Part shown: in pieces, positions 16,700 to 18,000 of the stretch
How positions within the stretch are numbered: the first letter of the stretch is position 1
How the letters are laid out: every line of letters begins with the position of its first letter
From: Candidatus Acetothermia bacterium
GTDB lineage: Bacteria; Bipolaricaulota; Bipolaricaulia; M55B111
Reading direction: 5' to 3'
Assembly: GCA_046543235.1 (NCBI GenBank)
Contig: JBKGZT010000026.1
Location: 1-18,000 of the forward strand
Length of the DNA stretch: 18,000 nucleotides
Position numbers and translations under genes: made by a program
The notes under the pieces: generated by a model
The model's database searches: none
What the model saw: the letters and a program-made list of their open reading frames with translations, nothing else
Told to the model about the DNA's origin: nothing

Positions 16700-17302
16700 T
16701 CAGCGGGAGTCGGTCTCCAGATCTTCGAATACGGCGGGTGCGATCTCAATCAGCTCTCCGAGGAACCTTTCCGCCAGTTCCCGTATTTCCCACTGAGCCT
16801 CCTCGGAACCACGTAGATCTATTATGTGGCGGAATTCCCTGAAGTTTGACTTGAAGTACAGCGACGTCTTGCTCCCAATGGGCAGGAGGAACCTGGCGTC
16901 CTCTTTCGGGACGTCCGCGTCAATTGACTTCTGGTATAGCTCGTAGATTTCGGAGAACTTCTCCCTGTACTCGTCCGCCAGCCCGGCTTCCATTACGGTT
17001 TCCGGGATCACGACCTCTTCCGGCTGCTGTTTAACGTACCTCATCGACCGGACCATAAAGCTGGCTAGTCTGTGTCTTGTCAGCTGGGCCAGGCAGCTTC
17101 TGCTGACGCCTTCTATGTAGAAGGTAGCGCTAGCGAACTCGAACGGGGACCAGTGACCCCAGTCCCGGAGCTTCCTAATTAACTCCCTGTCTTCCTTATT
17201 CGAGTAATTCTCATCGAGACCGGAAGCCTGGTGGGAAATCCTAGCGGCTCTGGCGATGCTGGCTTCCGGGTCTTCCGTAACTTCGATCAGTTCGGTTCTC
17301 AT
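16700..17302 (-). CDS. thyX: FAD-dependent thymidylate synthase
   Basis: GHWSPFEFA, VSR...QLTRHRLASFMVRSMRY (RHR-x7-S motif), KEDARFLLP, NFREFRH..LR....AQWEIR. Confidence 0.96.
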   Translation of the reverse strand: MRTELIEVTEDPEASIARAARISHQASGLDENYSNKEDRELIRKLRDWGHWSPFEFASATFYIEGVSRSCLAQLTRHRLASFMVRSMRYVKQQPEEVVIPETVMEAGLADEYREKFSEIYELYQKSIDADVPKEDARFLLPIGSKTSLYFKSNFREFRHIIDLRGSEEAQWEIRELAERFLGELIEIAPAVFEDLETDSR

Positions 17303-17835
17303 ATCTTTGCCACCTCGATACCTTCCTGTTCCTGATATTTGCCCTCCCGGTCACGGTACGTGACGTCCGGACGTTCACCCCGGAAGAAGACTACCTGAGC
17401 GATACCTTCGTCGGCATAGATTCTTGCCGGTAGCGGTGTAGTGTTGGAAATCTCTATAGTCAGGTAACCCTTCCAGCCGGGCTCTATTGGGGTCATATTT
17501 ACGATTATGCCGCACCGGGCATAAGTGCTTTTCCCCACTACCAGACCAAAGAGGTCATCCGGCATGTCGAATTTTTCTAGCGATTTTCCGAGGCAAAACG
17601 AGTTGGGTGGAATCAAGCAGCTTTCGTCCTTGACCCTTACGAAGGCCTCTTCGTCGAAGTTTTTCGGATCGATTTCGGTCGAGTGGACGTCGGTAAAAAT
17701 ACGGAACTCGTCGTCGATCCTGATGTCGTAACCAAAGGATCCCAATCCGTAGCTTATCCTCCCGTCGGACTGCAGTTCGTCCTCGAAAGGTGTCACTGGT
17801 TTTGCGTCCTGGATCTCCCTGTCGTTGAGAATCAT
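17299..17835 (-). CDS. dcd: dCTP deaminase
   Basis: ISYGLGSFGYDIR, IPPNSFCLG, GKSTYARCGIIVN.TPIEPGW.GYLTIEISNTTPLPARIY..EGIAQ, Y.DR.GKYQ.QEG; stop overlaps the thyX start (ATGA). Confidence 0.95.
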   Translation of the reverse strand: MILNDREIQDAKPVTPFEDELQSDGRISYGLGSFGYDIRIDDEFRIFTDVHSTEIDPKNFDEEAFVRVKDESCLIPPNSFCLGKSLEKFDMPDDLFGLVVGKSTYARCGIIVNMTPIEPGWKGYLTIEISNTTPLPARIYADEGIAQVVFFRGERPDVTYRDREGKYQEQEGIEVAKI

Positions 17836-17907
17836 CTATAAAACCTCCGGGGTTATTTATATACAGTTCCTTCGCCAAACCCAAGACCACCCCCGCTCGC
17901 CTCCGAG

Positions 17908-17948
17908 GGGATTTCCCTGAACAGTTTCCAAAGCTATAAATTCATTTT
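17908..17948 (+). repeat. Second partial copy of the intergenic repeat at 11254-11294
   Basis: GGGATTTCCCTGAACAGTTTCCAAAGCTATAAATTCATTTT versus GGGATTTTCCTGAACGGTTTCCAAAGCTATAAATTCATTTT: 39/41 identical, same orientation. Confidence 0.9.
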
Positions 17949-17950
17949 AC

Positions 17951-18000
17951 CAAAACTTGCCGAGAAAGCCCCGGAGCTCGCTCCGGGGATGAATCGGCTG
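17951..18000 (+). mobile_element. Probable left end of an IS200/IS605-family (IS608-like) element running off the window edge
   Basis: TTAC (17947-17950), then CAAAACTTGCCGAG, AAAG (17965-17968) and hairpin CCCCGGAG-CTCG-CTCCGGGG (17969-17988). This is the same layout as the IS608 left end (TTAC target, AAAG guide, CCCC...GGGG hairpin). Confidence 0.7.

Noticed and set aside
1-18000. CRISPR array, tRNA or rRNA genes
   Set aside because: No regularly spaced direct repeats, cloverleaf/T-loop patterns or rRNA-like sequence were found by eye in the intergenic regions.

Overview
Bacterial chromosomal window with a strongly acidic (Asp/Glu-rich) proteome, suggesting a salt-in halophile. The envelope genes point to a diderm; Ca. 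Bipolaricaulota/Acetothermia is a guess from gene style, not a database result. Left part: two large secreted proteins, a ~1163-aa beta-helix/CARDB-like protein with a T9SS-like C-terminal sorting domain and an 819-aa protein with four Ig-like repeats and a probable small C-terminal beta-barrel. Middle: an orphan atpC overlapping fabF, a pgk with altered nucleotide-site motifs, a LolA-like gene and glmS, whose upstream region holds a nested inverted-repeat (MITE-like) element instead of a glmS ribozyme. Right part, minus strand: dcd, thyX, a haloarchaeal-like DUF87/HerA ATPase, HU and pheS (no pheT). At the right edge a second partial copy of the repeat stops at what looks like the left end of an IS608-like IS200/IS605 element inserted 3' of TTAC. 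No CRISPR, tRNA or rRNA was seen.
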